Source: Candidatus Rokuibacteriota bacterium
Lineage (GTDB): Bacteria; Methylomirabilota; Methylomirabilia; Rokubacteriales; CSP1-6
NCBI GenBank assembly: GCA_040902305.1
Contig: JBBDXN010000155.1
Location: 1,955 to 65,954, forward strand
Reading direction: 5' to 3'
Length of the DNA: 64,000 nt
Position 1 is the first letter of the stretch. Each line of letters begins with the position of its first letter. The position numbers and the translations under genes were made by a program. This document shows, in pieces, positions 8,371 through 16,493 of this stretch. Below the pieces are notes generated by a model. It did not search any database. It saw only the letters and a list, made by a program, of their open reading frames with translations, and was not told the DNA's origin.

Positions 8371-9309
8371 CTATTCGAGCCCCTCCGCCTCCAGGTACCG
8401 CTCGGCCTCCAGGGCCGCCATGCAGCCGGTGCCGGCGGCGGTGACCGCCTGGCGGTAGGTGAAGTCCTGGACGTCGCCCGCCGCGAACACGCCCGGCACC
8501 GAGGTCTGGGTCGTCCCCGGCTTCACCTTGATGTACTCGTTCGGGTGCAGATCCATCTGCCCCTTGACCAGCGCGGTGTTGGGCTGATGGCCGATCGCCA
8601 CGAAGAGGCCGTCCACCTGGGCGTCCGACCGGGTGCCGGTCTTGAGGTTCTTGAGCCGGACCGTGGTGACCTTGCCCGCCGCGGGGTCCAGCACGTCCTC
8701 CACCACCGTGTCCCAGAGGAAGGAGATCTTCGGGTTCTTGAAGGCGCGCTCCTGCATGATCTTGGAGCCGCGCAGGCTGTCGCGCCGGTGCACGACGTCG
8801 ACCTTGCGGCCGAGGCGGGAGAGGTACAGCGCTTCCTCGAGAGCGGTGTCGCCGCCACCCACCACCATGATGCTCTGGTCCTTGAAGAAGAACCCGTCGC
8901 AGGTGGCGCAGGTGGAGACCCCGCGCCCCATGAGCGTGGTCTCGTTGGGCAGGCCCAGGAGCTTGGCGGAGGCCCCGGTGGCGATGATGACGGTGTGCGC
9001 CTCCATGGTGACGTCCCCGCCGGTGACCTTGAAGGGCCGGCGGCTAAAATCCACCGCGGTCACGTCGTCGGCGATCATCTCGGTGCCGAAGCGCTCGGCC
9101 TGCTTCTGGAAGGTTTCCATCAGGGGCGGCCCGTCGATGCCCTCGACGAACCCCGGATAGTTCTCGACGAGGGTGGTCAGCATGAGCTGCCCTCCGGGCT
9201 GGATCCCGGTGAACATCACCGGGGACAGGTTGGCCCGGGCCGCGTAGATGGCCGCGGTGTAGCCGGCCGGTCCCGATCCGATGATGATGACCTTGCGTGT
9301 CGTGGCCAC
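8371..9309 (-). CDS. trxB: thioredoxin-disulfide reductase
   Basis: IIIGSGPAGYTAAIYAARA, redox-active CATCDG, GGGDTALEEA. GTG start preceded by GAGGAGGA. Confidence 0.95.
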   Translation of the reverse strand: MATTRKVIIIGSGPAGYTAAIYAARANLSPVMFTGIQPGGQLMLTTLVENYPGFVEGIDGPPLMETFQKQAERFGTEMIADDVTAVDFSRRPFKVTGGDVTMEAHTVIIATGASAKLLGLPNETTLMGRGVSTCATCDGFFFKDQSIMVVGGGDTALEEALYLSRLGRKVDVVHRRDSLRGSKIMQERAFKNPKISFLWDTVVEDVLDPAAGKVTTVRLKNLKTGTRSDAQVDGLFVAIGHQPNTALVKGQMDLHPNEYIKVKPGTTQTSVPGVFAAGDVQDFTYRQAVTAAGTGCMAALEAERYLEAEGLE

Positions 9310-9357
9310 GTCGTCCTCCTCGTTCGTCTCTCGCCTCGTTAGGATGCGCGGAACGGA

Positions 9358-10101
9358 CTACCGGATGCGGAGAATCGCCCGGAGCTCCGCCAGGTCCCGG
9401 ATCTCGAAGTCGGGCGGCTTCATGTCGGCGGGGAGGCGGGCGGCCTGCCGGTTGATCCACGCGGTCGGCATGCCCACCGCCCGGGCGCCGATCACGTCGA
9501 TGTCGGCCCGGTCCCCCACGAACAGGGCCTCGGCCGGGCGCAACGACTTCATCCGGCCGAGCGCGGTCTCGAAGATGACCGGCTTGGGCTTGCGCCAGCC
9601 GACTTCGTCCGAGATGACGATGGTCTCGAAGAGGTGGGCGATACCCTCCCGCTCGAGAATCGCTAGACAGGTCGGCGAGTAGTCGAAGTTCGACACCACC
9701 GCGAGCCGGTACCGCTCCCGGAGGCGCTCGAGCAGGGGGGCGTGGTGGCCGGGGCACTCGACCACCTTGGACAGCTCCCGCATATGGGTGGTGAGCAGCA
9801 GATCGCGCGCTTCCGCGGACGGCTCGAGCCCGAGGCGTCCGAACAGCATGCCGAAGCGCTCCGGAGCGCCGACCTCGCGATGGGCCTCGCTCCGGATGCG
9901 CTCGGCCTCCTGCCAGCTCCAGAATAGCGCCTCCACGAAGGCGGGCAGCTCCACCTGCGGGGCGAACGGCCGGAACGCGGCGTGCAGGTGCCCGGCGGTG
10001 CTCCGGATCTTGCGGCCGTTGACCTGGACTTCGGGCAGGCGCTCCCGGTGGAAGAGCACCAGCGTGTCGAAGAGATCGAAGAGGACGGCCTGGTACGTCA
10101 C
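9358..10101 (-). CDS. HAD superfamily hydrolase
   Basis: VLFDLFDTLV (DxD motif) and VGDRADIDVIGA. GTG 10101 overlaps the upstream stop. The track ORF extended to 10341 is read-through. Confidence 0.8.
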   Translation of the reverse strand: MTYQAVLFDLFDTLVLFHRERLPEVQVNGRKIRSTAGHLHAAFRPFAPQVELPAFVEALFWSWQEAERIRSEAHREVGAPERFGMLFGRLGLEPSAEARDLLLTTHMRELSKVVECPGHHAPLLERLRERYRLAVVSNFDYSPTCLAILEREGIAHLFETIVISDEVGWRKPKPVIFETALGRMKSLRPAEALFVGDRADIDVIGARAVGMPTAWINRQAARLPADMKPPDFEIRDLAELRAILRIR

Positions 10102-10514
10102 GGGAGCGGCTTCCGCTTGGCGTAGCCCTCGTCCATGCCGTGCCAGAACCGCACCGCGTCCTCCCCGAGCTTCCAGCAGAGATTCACCACTTGCCCGCCG
10201 AGCTCGGCGGGCCCGCGCCCGGGAAAATCCACCAGGCCCATCTCGAGATCCTTGACGACGCCGCCCAGGTCGAGCAGCTGCTGCAGGATCTGGCGCACCT
10301 CGATGCCCAGGCCGTCCAGGCGCTCCGCGCGCGCTTTCCATTCCATGGAGTCGATCCGCTCGCCGCCGGAGGCGGCCACCCGCGCTCGATCCTCCTGTAG
10401 CCGCTCCTGCAGCGCCAGCGCCTGGCCATGGCGCTCCACCGCGGCCTCGATCAGCTCGGTGAGCCGCGGGATCAGCCGGTTGACCTCGTCCGGGGTGAAG
10501 AGGCGCTCGCTCAC
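10098..10514 (-). CDS. DUF2203 family protein
   Basis: 138 aa starting VSERLFTPDEVNRLIPRL, ending GLVDFPG...LCWKLGE..WH. GTGA overlaps on both sides. Confidence 0.6.
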   Translation of the reverse strand: MSERLFTPDEVNRLIPRLTELIEAAVERHGQALALQERLQEDRARVAASGGERIDSMEWKARAERLDGLGIEVRQILQQLLDLGGVVKDLEMGLVDFPGRGPAELGGQVVNLCWKLGEDAVRFWHGMDEGYAKRKPLP

Positions 10515-11242
10515 GGGGCCTCCACGAAGACCGCGTGCACTTCCTTGGGCCCGTGCACGCCGCGGGTCAGGGTGAGCTCGATGTCCGCGGTCCGGGACGG
10601 CCCGGTGATGAAGTTGATCATCGCGCCCGACATCGCGCGGTCGGGATCGACATGGAGCGCCTCCAGCATCACCCCCACCTGCTCGAGGGTCTCCACCAGC
10701 CGGTCGCGACCGAACACCGCCACGTGGACGTCGGGCAGCAGGGACGTCGAGCCCGGCCGGCCGGATCCCGAGAGCAGGATCAGGGTCCCGGTCTCGGCCA
10801 GCACGAAGTCGGCTCCGGTGACGCCGAGCTGGGCGCCCGCGGCCTGGGCCCGATGGCGCAGCCGGGCGGCCTCGTCCTCCTCCCCCGCCCGGGCCGCGAC
10901 GACCTCCAGGCCGTCGCGGATCAGCGCGGGTGCCGCGTCGAAGCCGAGCGCGGCCGGGTCCCACGTGACTGCGCGAAGGGCGCCGCGCTCCCGGGCGATG
11001 GCGCCGATGACGGCGGGGACCGCGTCGAGGCTCGGCACGCGATGGAAGACCCCCGAGACGCGCTCGAACTCGATCCGGAACCGCTCGAGCGCCGCCGGCC
11101 AGCGCTCGGCCAGCTCGCGGCGCACCGTCTCCGCGGCGGTCGCGGGGTCGGCGGGCCGCGGCGCGGGCGAGGCTCCGAAGAGACCCGGGGTCTTCGAGAC
11201 CTCGCGGCGGATCCGCTCGAGAAACTCGGCGCGGCCGGTCAC
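10511..11242 (-). CDS. lutC: lactate utilization protein C (LutC/YkgG family)
   Basis: GVTGADFVLAETGTLIL..S....R..SLLPDVHVAV is the LUD-domain signature. GTG 11242 overlaps the lutB stop. Confidence 0.8.
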   Translation of the reverse strand: MTGRAEFLERIRREVSKTPGLFGASPAPRPADPATAAETVRRELAERWPAALERFRIEFERVSGVFHRVPSLDAVPAVIGAIARERGALRAVTWDPAALGFDAAPALIRDGLEVVAARAGEEDEAARLRHRAQAAGAQLGVTGADFVLAETGTLILLSGSGRPGSTSLLPDVHVAVFGRDRLVETLEQVGVMLEALHVDPDRAMSGAMINFITGPSRTADIELTLTRGVHGPKEVHAVFVEAP

Positions 11243-12645
11243 CTTAGCTCCTCCCACCGCTCCCGGAACGTCCGGGCGGCCACCGGCGGCAGATCGCGGG
11301 TCCGCGTCCACTTCCCGAAGACCAGCGGCAGGGCCCGCAGCCGGCCCTCGCGGACGAACGGCTTCTGCAGCCACCGGGCGGCCGCGGCGGAGAGCCGGAA
11401 GGCGGCCGGCGAGCGGAGCAGGCGCCCCAAGGTCTTGAAGGCCACCCGCTCGGTCCACGGCGCGATCTTCTCCCGGTCGAGGTGCTCGCGCAGCTCGACC
11501 AGCATCCGCGGGATGTCGATGCGCACCGGGCAGACGTCCTTGCACGCTCCGCAGAGCGACGAGGCGTGCGCCAGATCGCGCACCGATTCATTGCCCTTGA
11601 GCATGGCGGTGAGGAGGATGCCGATGGGCCCCGGATACGTGTAGCCGTAGGCGTGCCCGCCGATCTGGCGATAGACCGGACACACGTTGAGGCAGGCTCC
11701 GCACCGGAGGCAGTAGAGCGCCTCCCGGAGCGTCGAGGCGATCTGGCGCGAGCGGCCGTTGTCGAGCAAGATCAGGTGGAACTCCTCCGGCCCTTCCAGC
11801 TCCCCCGCCCGCCGCGGTCCCCGCACCAGCGTCGTATACGAGGACAGCTTCTGTCCCGTCGCGCTCCGGGCCAGGATGGCCAGGAACACCACGAGGTCGC
11901 TCATCGACGGGATCACCTTCTCGACGCCCATCAGGGCCACGTGGATGCGCGGCAGCGAGGTCACCATCCGGCCATTGCCCTCGTTGGTGACGAGCACCAC
12001 GGTGCCGGTGTCCGCCACCGCGAAGTTGGCCCCGGTGATGCCCATGTCGGCCTGCAGGAACTTCTCGCGCAGGGCCCGGCGCGCCACCGCGGTGAGGACT
12101 TCCGGATCGGCAGGAAACTCCCCACCGAGCTCCCGCGAGAACAGCTCGGCCACCTGCCCCTTGGTCTTGTGGATGGCGGGAGCGATGATGTGCGACGGCT
12201 TCTCGCGGGCGAGCTGGATGATGTACTCGCCCAGATCGGTCTCCACCGGAACGACGCCCGCGTGCTCGAGCGCCTCGTTGAGATCGATCTCCTCGGTGGC
12301 CATCGATTTGGACTTCACCGCCATCCGCACCCCGCGGTCCCGGCAGATGCGCAGGACCATCTCGCGCGCCTCTTCCGCGGTGGTGGCCCAGTGCACGTGG
12401 CCGCCCAGCCGCTCGACGTTGTCGGCGAGGCGCTCCAGGTGGACGTGGAGGTGCTGGAGCGTGGCCTCCTTGATGGCGCGCGCCCGGTCTCGCAGCGCCT
12501 CGCCCTGCGGGAATCCGGCGAACGCCTCCTTGCGGAGGTCGATGAACTTGGTGGTGGCGATCGTGAGCGCTTCCTGAAGGAACGCATCCTTCAAGGCCGC
12601 ACCCGCCCGTTGGGGAAACGGCGTCCGCAGCGCGGCGTCGCTCAC
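11239..12645 (-). CDS. lutB: lactate utilization iron-sulfur protein LutB
   Basis: AVKSKSMATEEI, GITGANFAVADTGTVVLVTNEGN, CLRCGACLNVCPVY and CGACKDVCPV ferredoxin motifs. GTG 12645 overlaps the lutA stop. Confidence 0.9.
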   Translation of the reverse strand: MSDAALRTPFPQRAGAALKDAFLQEALTIATTKFIDLRKEAFAGFPQGEALRDRARAIKEATLQHLHVHLERLADNVERLGGHVHWATTAEEAREMVLRICRDRGVRMAVKSKSMATEEIDLNEALEHAGVVPVETDLGEYIIQLAREKPSHIIAPAIHKTKGQVAELFSRELGGEFPADPEVLTAVARRALREKFLQADMGITGANFAVADTGTVVLVTNEGNGRMVTSLPRIHVALMGVEKVIPSMSDLVVFLAILARSATGQKLSSYTTLVRGPRRAGELEGPEEFHLILLDNGRSRQIASTLREALYCLRCGACLNVCPVYRQIGGHAYGYTYPGPIGILLTAMLKGNESVRDLAHASSLCGACKDVCPVRIDIPRMLVELREHLDREKIAPWTERVAFKTLGRLLRSPAAFRLSAAAARWLQKPFVREGRLRALPLVFGKWTRTRDLPPVAARTFRERWEELR

Positions 12646-13382
12646 CCCTCGACCTCCCCGGCCAGCACCTGGGCCAGGTGCACCGCCTTCACCGTGGACC
12701 CGCGACGGGTGAGCCCGCCCCCCATCTGCATGAGGCAGCCCGCGTCGCACGCCACCAGGCAGCGCGCGCCGGTGGACTCCACGTTGGCCAGCTTCTTGTC
12801 GAGGATGGACGTCGACACCTCCGGGAGCCGCACCGAGAAGGAGCCGCCGAAGCCGCAGCACTCGTCCGCGCCCGGCAGCTCGACCAGCTCGACGCCCGCG
12901 ACGCCGCGCAGCAGCGTGCGCGGGGAGGCGGACTCGCCCAGCCCCCGCAGGAGATGGCAGGAGTCGTGGTAGGTCACCTTGCCCTCGAACGACGACTCGA
13001 TCTTGGCGATTCCGAGCACCTCGACGATGAACTGCGACAGCTCGCGCGTGCGCCGGGCCAGCGACTCCGCGACGGCGTGCAGCGCCGGATCGTGCTTGAG
13101 CAGGCCCGGGTACTCGATCTTCACCATCCAGGCGCAGGAGCCCGACGGCACCACCACGTGCTCCGCGCGCTCGAAGAGCTTCACGGTGCGCGCCGCCACC
13201 CGGGCCGCGTCGTGATGATAGCCCGAGTTGAAGAGCGGCAGGCCGCAGCAGGTCTGGCCCTCGGGAAAGTCCACCTCGACGCCGAGCCGCCGCAGGAGAC
13301 GCACCATCGCGACCCCGACCTCGGGGAAAAACACGTCACCCAGGCAGGTGATCATCAGCGAGGCGCGGACCGCGGCCGCCAT
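12642..13382 (-). CDS. lutA: (Fe-S)-binding CCG-domain protein LutA
   Basis: ITCLGDVFFPEVG, GQTCCGLP, HDSCH, ECCGFGG (two CCG domains). Confidence 0.9.
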   Translation of the reverse strand: MAAAVRASLMITCLGDVFFPEVGVAMVRLLRRLGVEVDFPEGQTCCGLPLFNSGYHHDAARVAARTVKLFERAEHVVVPSGSCAWMVKIEYPGLLKHDPALHAVAESLARRTRELSQFIVEVLGIAKIESSFEGKVTYHDSCHLLRGLGESASPRTLLRGVAGVELVELPGADECCGFGGSFSVRLPEVSTSILDKKLANVESTGARCLVACDAGCLMQMGGGLTRRGSTVKAVHLAQVLAGEVEG

Positions 13383-13562
13383 GAACCCTCTAGCCCGCGC
13401 TATTCACGAATGCGTGTCCCGCGTCCGGCCCGCCCCCTCCACCAGCCCCCTCACCCGGCCCCTCTCCCCCTCCGGGGGCGAGGGGATCGAAACGGCCCCC
13501 TCTCCCTCGGCGAGGGAGAGGGTCGGGGTGAGGGTGGCGCCCGTGTTCACGCATAGTCCGGG
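13383..13562. repeat. REP-like nested palindromic element in the cupin-lutA intercistronic gap
   Basis: Perfect hairpin CCCTCTCCCTC-GGC-GAGGGAGAGGG (13498-13522). Flanking imperfect inverted repeat CCTCACCCGGCCCCTCTCCCC / GGGAGAGGGTCGGGGTGAGGG. Outer CTAGCCCG...CGGGCTAG. Confidence 0.85.
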
Positions 13563-13892
13563 CTAGCGCTTCAAGTGACCTGGAGGCGGCGCCACGATCA
13601 CCAGCACCAGGAGCAGATCGCCGGAGTCGTTGACGAGCCCGTGCTCGACGCCCGCCTCCGCCACCACCGCCTCACCGGCCGCGAGCCGCTCCTCGGAGCC
13701 ATCCACCGAGAAGCGCCCGGCGCCTTCCAGCACGTAGTAGATCTTGTCCTCGCCGTCGTGGCGGTGGGGCGCCTGCGACTGGCCCGGCGCCACGCAGTAG
13801 AGATCGAGCTGGGTGCGGGCGGTGGTGGAGAGGCCGATCTTGGCCATCTTGTCCGCCGCGACCTTCACGTGATCCCGCACGCGAATTTTCAT
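13563..13892 (-). CDS. cupin domain protein
   Basis: 109 aa. PGQSQAPHRHDGEDKIYYVLEG...AGVEHGL cupin motifs. ATG overlaps the glcF stop (ATGA). Confidence 0.7.
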   Translation of the reverse strand: MKIRVRDHVKVAADKMAKIGLSTTARTQLDLYCVAPGQSQAPHRHDGEDKIYYVLEGAGRFSVDGSEERLAAGEAVVAEAGVEHGLVNDSGDLLLVLVIVAPPPGHLKR

Positions 13893-15184
13893 CGCTCCTC
13901 CAGCGCCCGGGCCAGGAGCGTCACCGGGTGCGCGACCTCCACGGACAGCCCCGCCGCCTGGCAGTGCTGGCGAATCTGCATGAGACAGCCCGGATTGCCC
14001 GCGGTCACGATTCGCGCCCCCGTCTCCCGGATGCGGGCCGCCTTGAGGCGGCCCAGCTCGCCGGCCATGGCGGGCTCGAGCAGATTGTAGACCCCCGCGC
14101 TGCCGCAGCAGAGCTCGGAGTCCGGCAGGTCCACCAGGGTCAGGCCGGGGATCCGGCGGAGCAGCTCGCGGGGCTGCGCGCGGATCTTCTGGCCATGGGC
14201 GAGATGGCAGGCGTCGTGATACGTCACCGTCTCGTGGAGCGGGCGGAGCGGCAGCTCGCAGCCGGCCAGCACCTCCGAGACGTCGCGCACGCGCTCGGAG
14301 AAGAGCCGGGCCTCCTCGTCGGGCAGCCAGTGGGCGTACTCCTTGAGCGCCGAGCCGCATCCGGCCGCGTTCACCACCACCAGATCCACGTCCGCGAAGG
14401 CGGGCATCAGGCGACGGGCCATCGCGCGGAACTCGTCGATCCGTCCGGAGTGCAGGTGCAGGGCGCCGCAGCACTCCTGGCCCCGCGGCACCACGACGTC
14501 GTAGCCCGCCGCGGCGAGCAGCCGCGTGGTGTCGGCATTGACGTCGGGGTAGAAGAAGCGCTGCGCGCAGCCGAGCAAGACGCCGGCGCGGCCGCGCTTC
14601 GGGCCGCGCGCCGGGATCAGCTCGGGCAGCCGCGGCGGGGCGGCGGGCAGCCGCGGCAGCAGCGCTTCCATCGCCTGGAGCTTCCTGAACGGGGCCAGCA
14701 GGCCGAGCCCTCGCACGAGCCTCTGCGCGCCGGACCACTGGTAGATTCGCAGCGCGTGCAGCATCGGGCCGAGGCGGCCGGGATGAGGGAAGACGTCCAA
14801 GATGAAGCGGAGCAAGGTCCCGTCACGCGTGGGCGCGCTCACCCCGCGGCGATCGAGCTGGCCCCGCGTCGCCTCCAGCAGCCGCCCGAAGGGCACGCCG
14901 GAGGGACAGGCCGTTTCGCAAGCCCGGCAGCCGAGGCAGAGGTCGAGATGCCGCGCCATGGTCGGGGTGAGCCCGATCCGATCCTCGGCCGCCGCGCGCA
15001 TGAGATAGACGCGGCCGCGGGGCGAATCCATTTCCTCGCCGAGCACGCGATACGTGGGGCACTGCGGCAGGCAGATCCCGCAATGCACGCAGGCCCGGAG
15101 GCCATCCATGGACGGCGGATCCTGGGCATCGAATGCCCCCAGACCCGCGTGGGCTGCCACCGGCCCTGAGCGCGGCTGGCTCAT
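13889..15184 (-). CDS. glcF: glycolate oxidase iron-sulfur subunit
   Basis: CVHCGICLPQCPTY and CLGCRACETACPSGV ferredoxin motifs plus two CCG domains (QECCGAL, SELCCGSAG). Confidence 0.9.
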   Translation of the reverse strand: MSQPRSGPVAAHAGLGAFDAQDPPSMDGLRACVHCGICLPQCPTYRVLGEEMDSPRGRVYLMRAAAEDRIGLTPTMARHLDLCLGCRACETACPSGVPFGRLLEATRGQLDRRGVSAPTRDGTLLRFILDVFPHPGRLGPMLHALRIYQWSGAQRLVRGLGLLAPFRKLQAMEALLPRLPAAPPRLPELIPARGPKRGRAGVLLGCAQRFFYPDVNADTTRLLAAAGYDVVVPRGQECCGALHLHSGRIDEFRAMARRLMPAFADVDLVVVNAAGCGSALKEYAHWLPDEEARLFSERVRDVSEVLAGCELPLRPLHETVTYHDACHLAHGQKIRAQPRELLRRIPGLTLVDLPDSELCCGSAGVYNLLEPAMAGELGRLKAARIRETGARIVTAGNPGCLMQIRQHCQAAGLSVEVAHPVTLLARALEER

Positions 15185-16491
15185 AGCCCCCCGACGAAGC
15201 GGCCTGGGTTCAGCAGGCCATCCGGGTCGAACTCGGACTTGAGGCGCTTCATGATAGCCAATGTTTCTAATTCGATATAACCCCAGACATCACACTCACG
15301 CTTAAGCTCAACCGGAGCCCGCTCGACCACCAGGCTGCCGCCCTCGGCCTCGAGCGCCTGTCGGAGCGGCCGCACCAGATCACGGGCCAGCCGCCCGGCA
15401 TCGGGACCTTCCCGGACCGCGACCTGCAGGACGCCGTGCCCCGGTTGCGCGACCACCGCCGCCTCGGCCCCGGCCCGCGTGGCGGCCGCCTGCGCCTCTC
15501 CCACCCAGTCCAGCAGGCGGCGCGGCTCACCGGCGGCCCGGAGGACGATCGGCCCGTCCAGTGCCTCGCCCAGGCCGGCCCACGCGGTGTCGGCGAGCGG
15601 CTCGCTGCGCCCCCCATGCTCGCCCGCGAGCCGCCCCAACGCCTGGCCCTGGTGCTCCACCGCGTCGGCCGCGCTGCCGATGGACAGCAGCAGCGCGATC
15701 GGATCGACGGTGAGGCCGGTGCGGCGCAGGGCCGCGGCGTCGAGCAGGGCCGCGCGATCGGGCTGGAGCGGCGAGTCGAGGAGCGCGGCGAGGAAAGCCG
15801 CAGCCGCCTCCCGGGAGGGAAAGCCCAGCCGCCAGGAGCGGGACGCGGGCGGTATCGGCTGCAGGCGCAGGGTGGCCTCCACGAGCACGCCGAGCGTGCC
15901 GAGCGAGCCGACCAGGAGCTTCGGGACGTCGTAGCCCGTCACCGACTTCACGACCTTGGCGCCGCCCCACGTCAGCGTGCCATCGGCCTGGACGAAGCGC
16001 GCGCCCAGCAGGAGGTCGCGCCCGGTGCCGTAGCGGAAGCGGAGTGGGCCGCTGGCGTGCGTGGCCAGCACGCCGCCGACGCTGCGCGCACCCCCGCCCG
16101 GCGGATCGAGCGTCAGCATCTGACGGTGCGGGCCAAAATGCGCGGCGAGGGCGGCGAGGGTCGCGCCCGCTTCCACCGTGGCCACCATGTCCTCCGGCAC
16201 GTACTCCCGGACCGCCCCGAGCCGGCTCAGCTCGCGCACCACGTCGAGCCGGCGGGGCGGATTGCCGAGCGCGAGGCTCGTGCCGGCGCCGCGGGGCCCC
16301 ACCGCGAGCCGCTCCGCCGCGCACCGGGCGACGACGCGGCTCACCTCTTCGATGCTCCCGGGGCGCACCACCGCGGCCGGGACCATGCCATCCACTGCAT
16401 GGGCCGCGAGGTCGGGCGCCGCCACGAGGCATTGCTCGTGCCCGACGACGTCGGCCAGCGCCTCGTGGATCGCCAGCGCGGAGACCGCCAC
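15181..16491 (-). CDS. glcE: glycolate oxidase FAD-binding subunit
   Basis: FAD-PCMH domain (GAGTSL, VEAGATLA, VKSVTGYD). C-terminus DVWG...MKRLKSEFDPDGLLNPGR. GTG 16491 lies 3 nt after the glcD stop. Confidence 0.85.
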   Translation of the reverse strand: MAVSALAIHEALADVVGHEQCLVAAPDLAAHAVDGMVPAAVVRPGSIEEVSRVVARCAAERLAVGPRGAGTSLALGNPPRRLDVVRELSRLGAVREYVPEDMVATVEAGATLAALAAHFGPHRQMLTLDPPGGGARSVGGVLATHASGPLRFRYGTGRDLLLGARFVQADGTLTWGGAKVVKSVTGYDVPKLLVGSLGTLGVLVEATLRLQPIPPASRSWRLGFPSREAAAAFLAALLDSPLQPDRAALLDAAALRRTGLTVDPIALLLSIGSAADAVEHQGQALGRLAGEHGGRSEPLADTAWAGLGEALDGPIVLRAAGEPRRLLDWVGEAQAAATRAGAEAAVVAQPGHGVLQVAVREGPDAGRLARDLVRPLRQALEAEGGSLVVERAPVELKRECDVWGYIELETLAIMKRLKSEFDPDGLLNPGRFVGGL

Positions 16492-16493
16492 GC

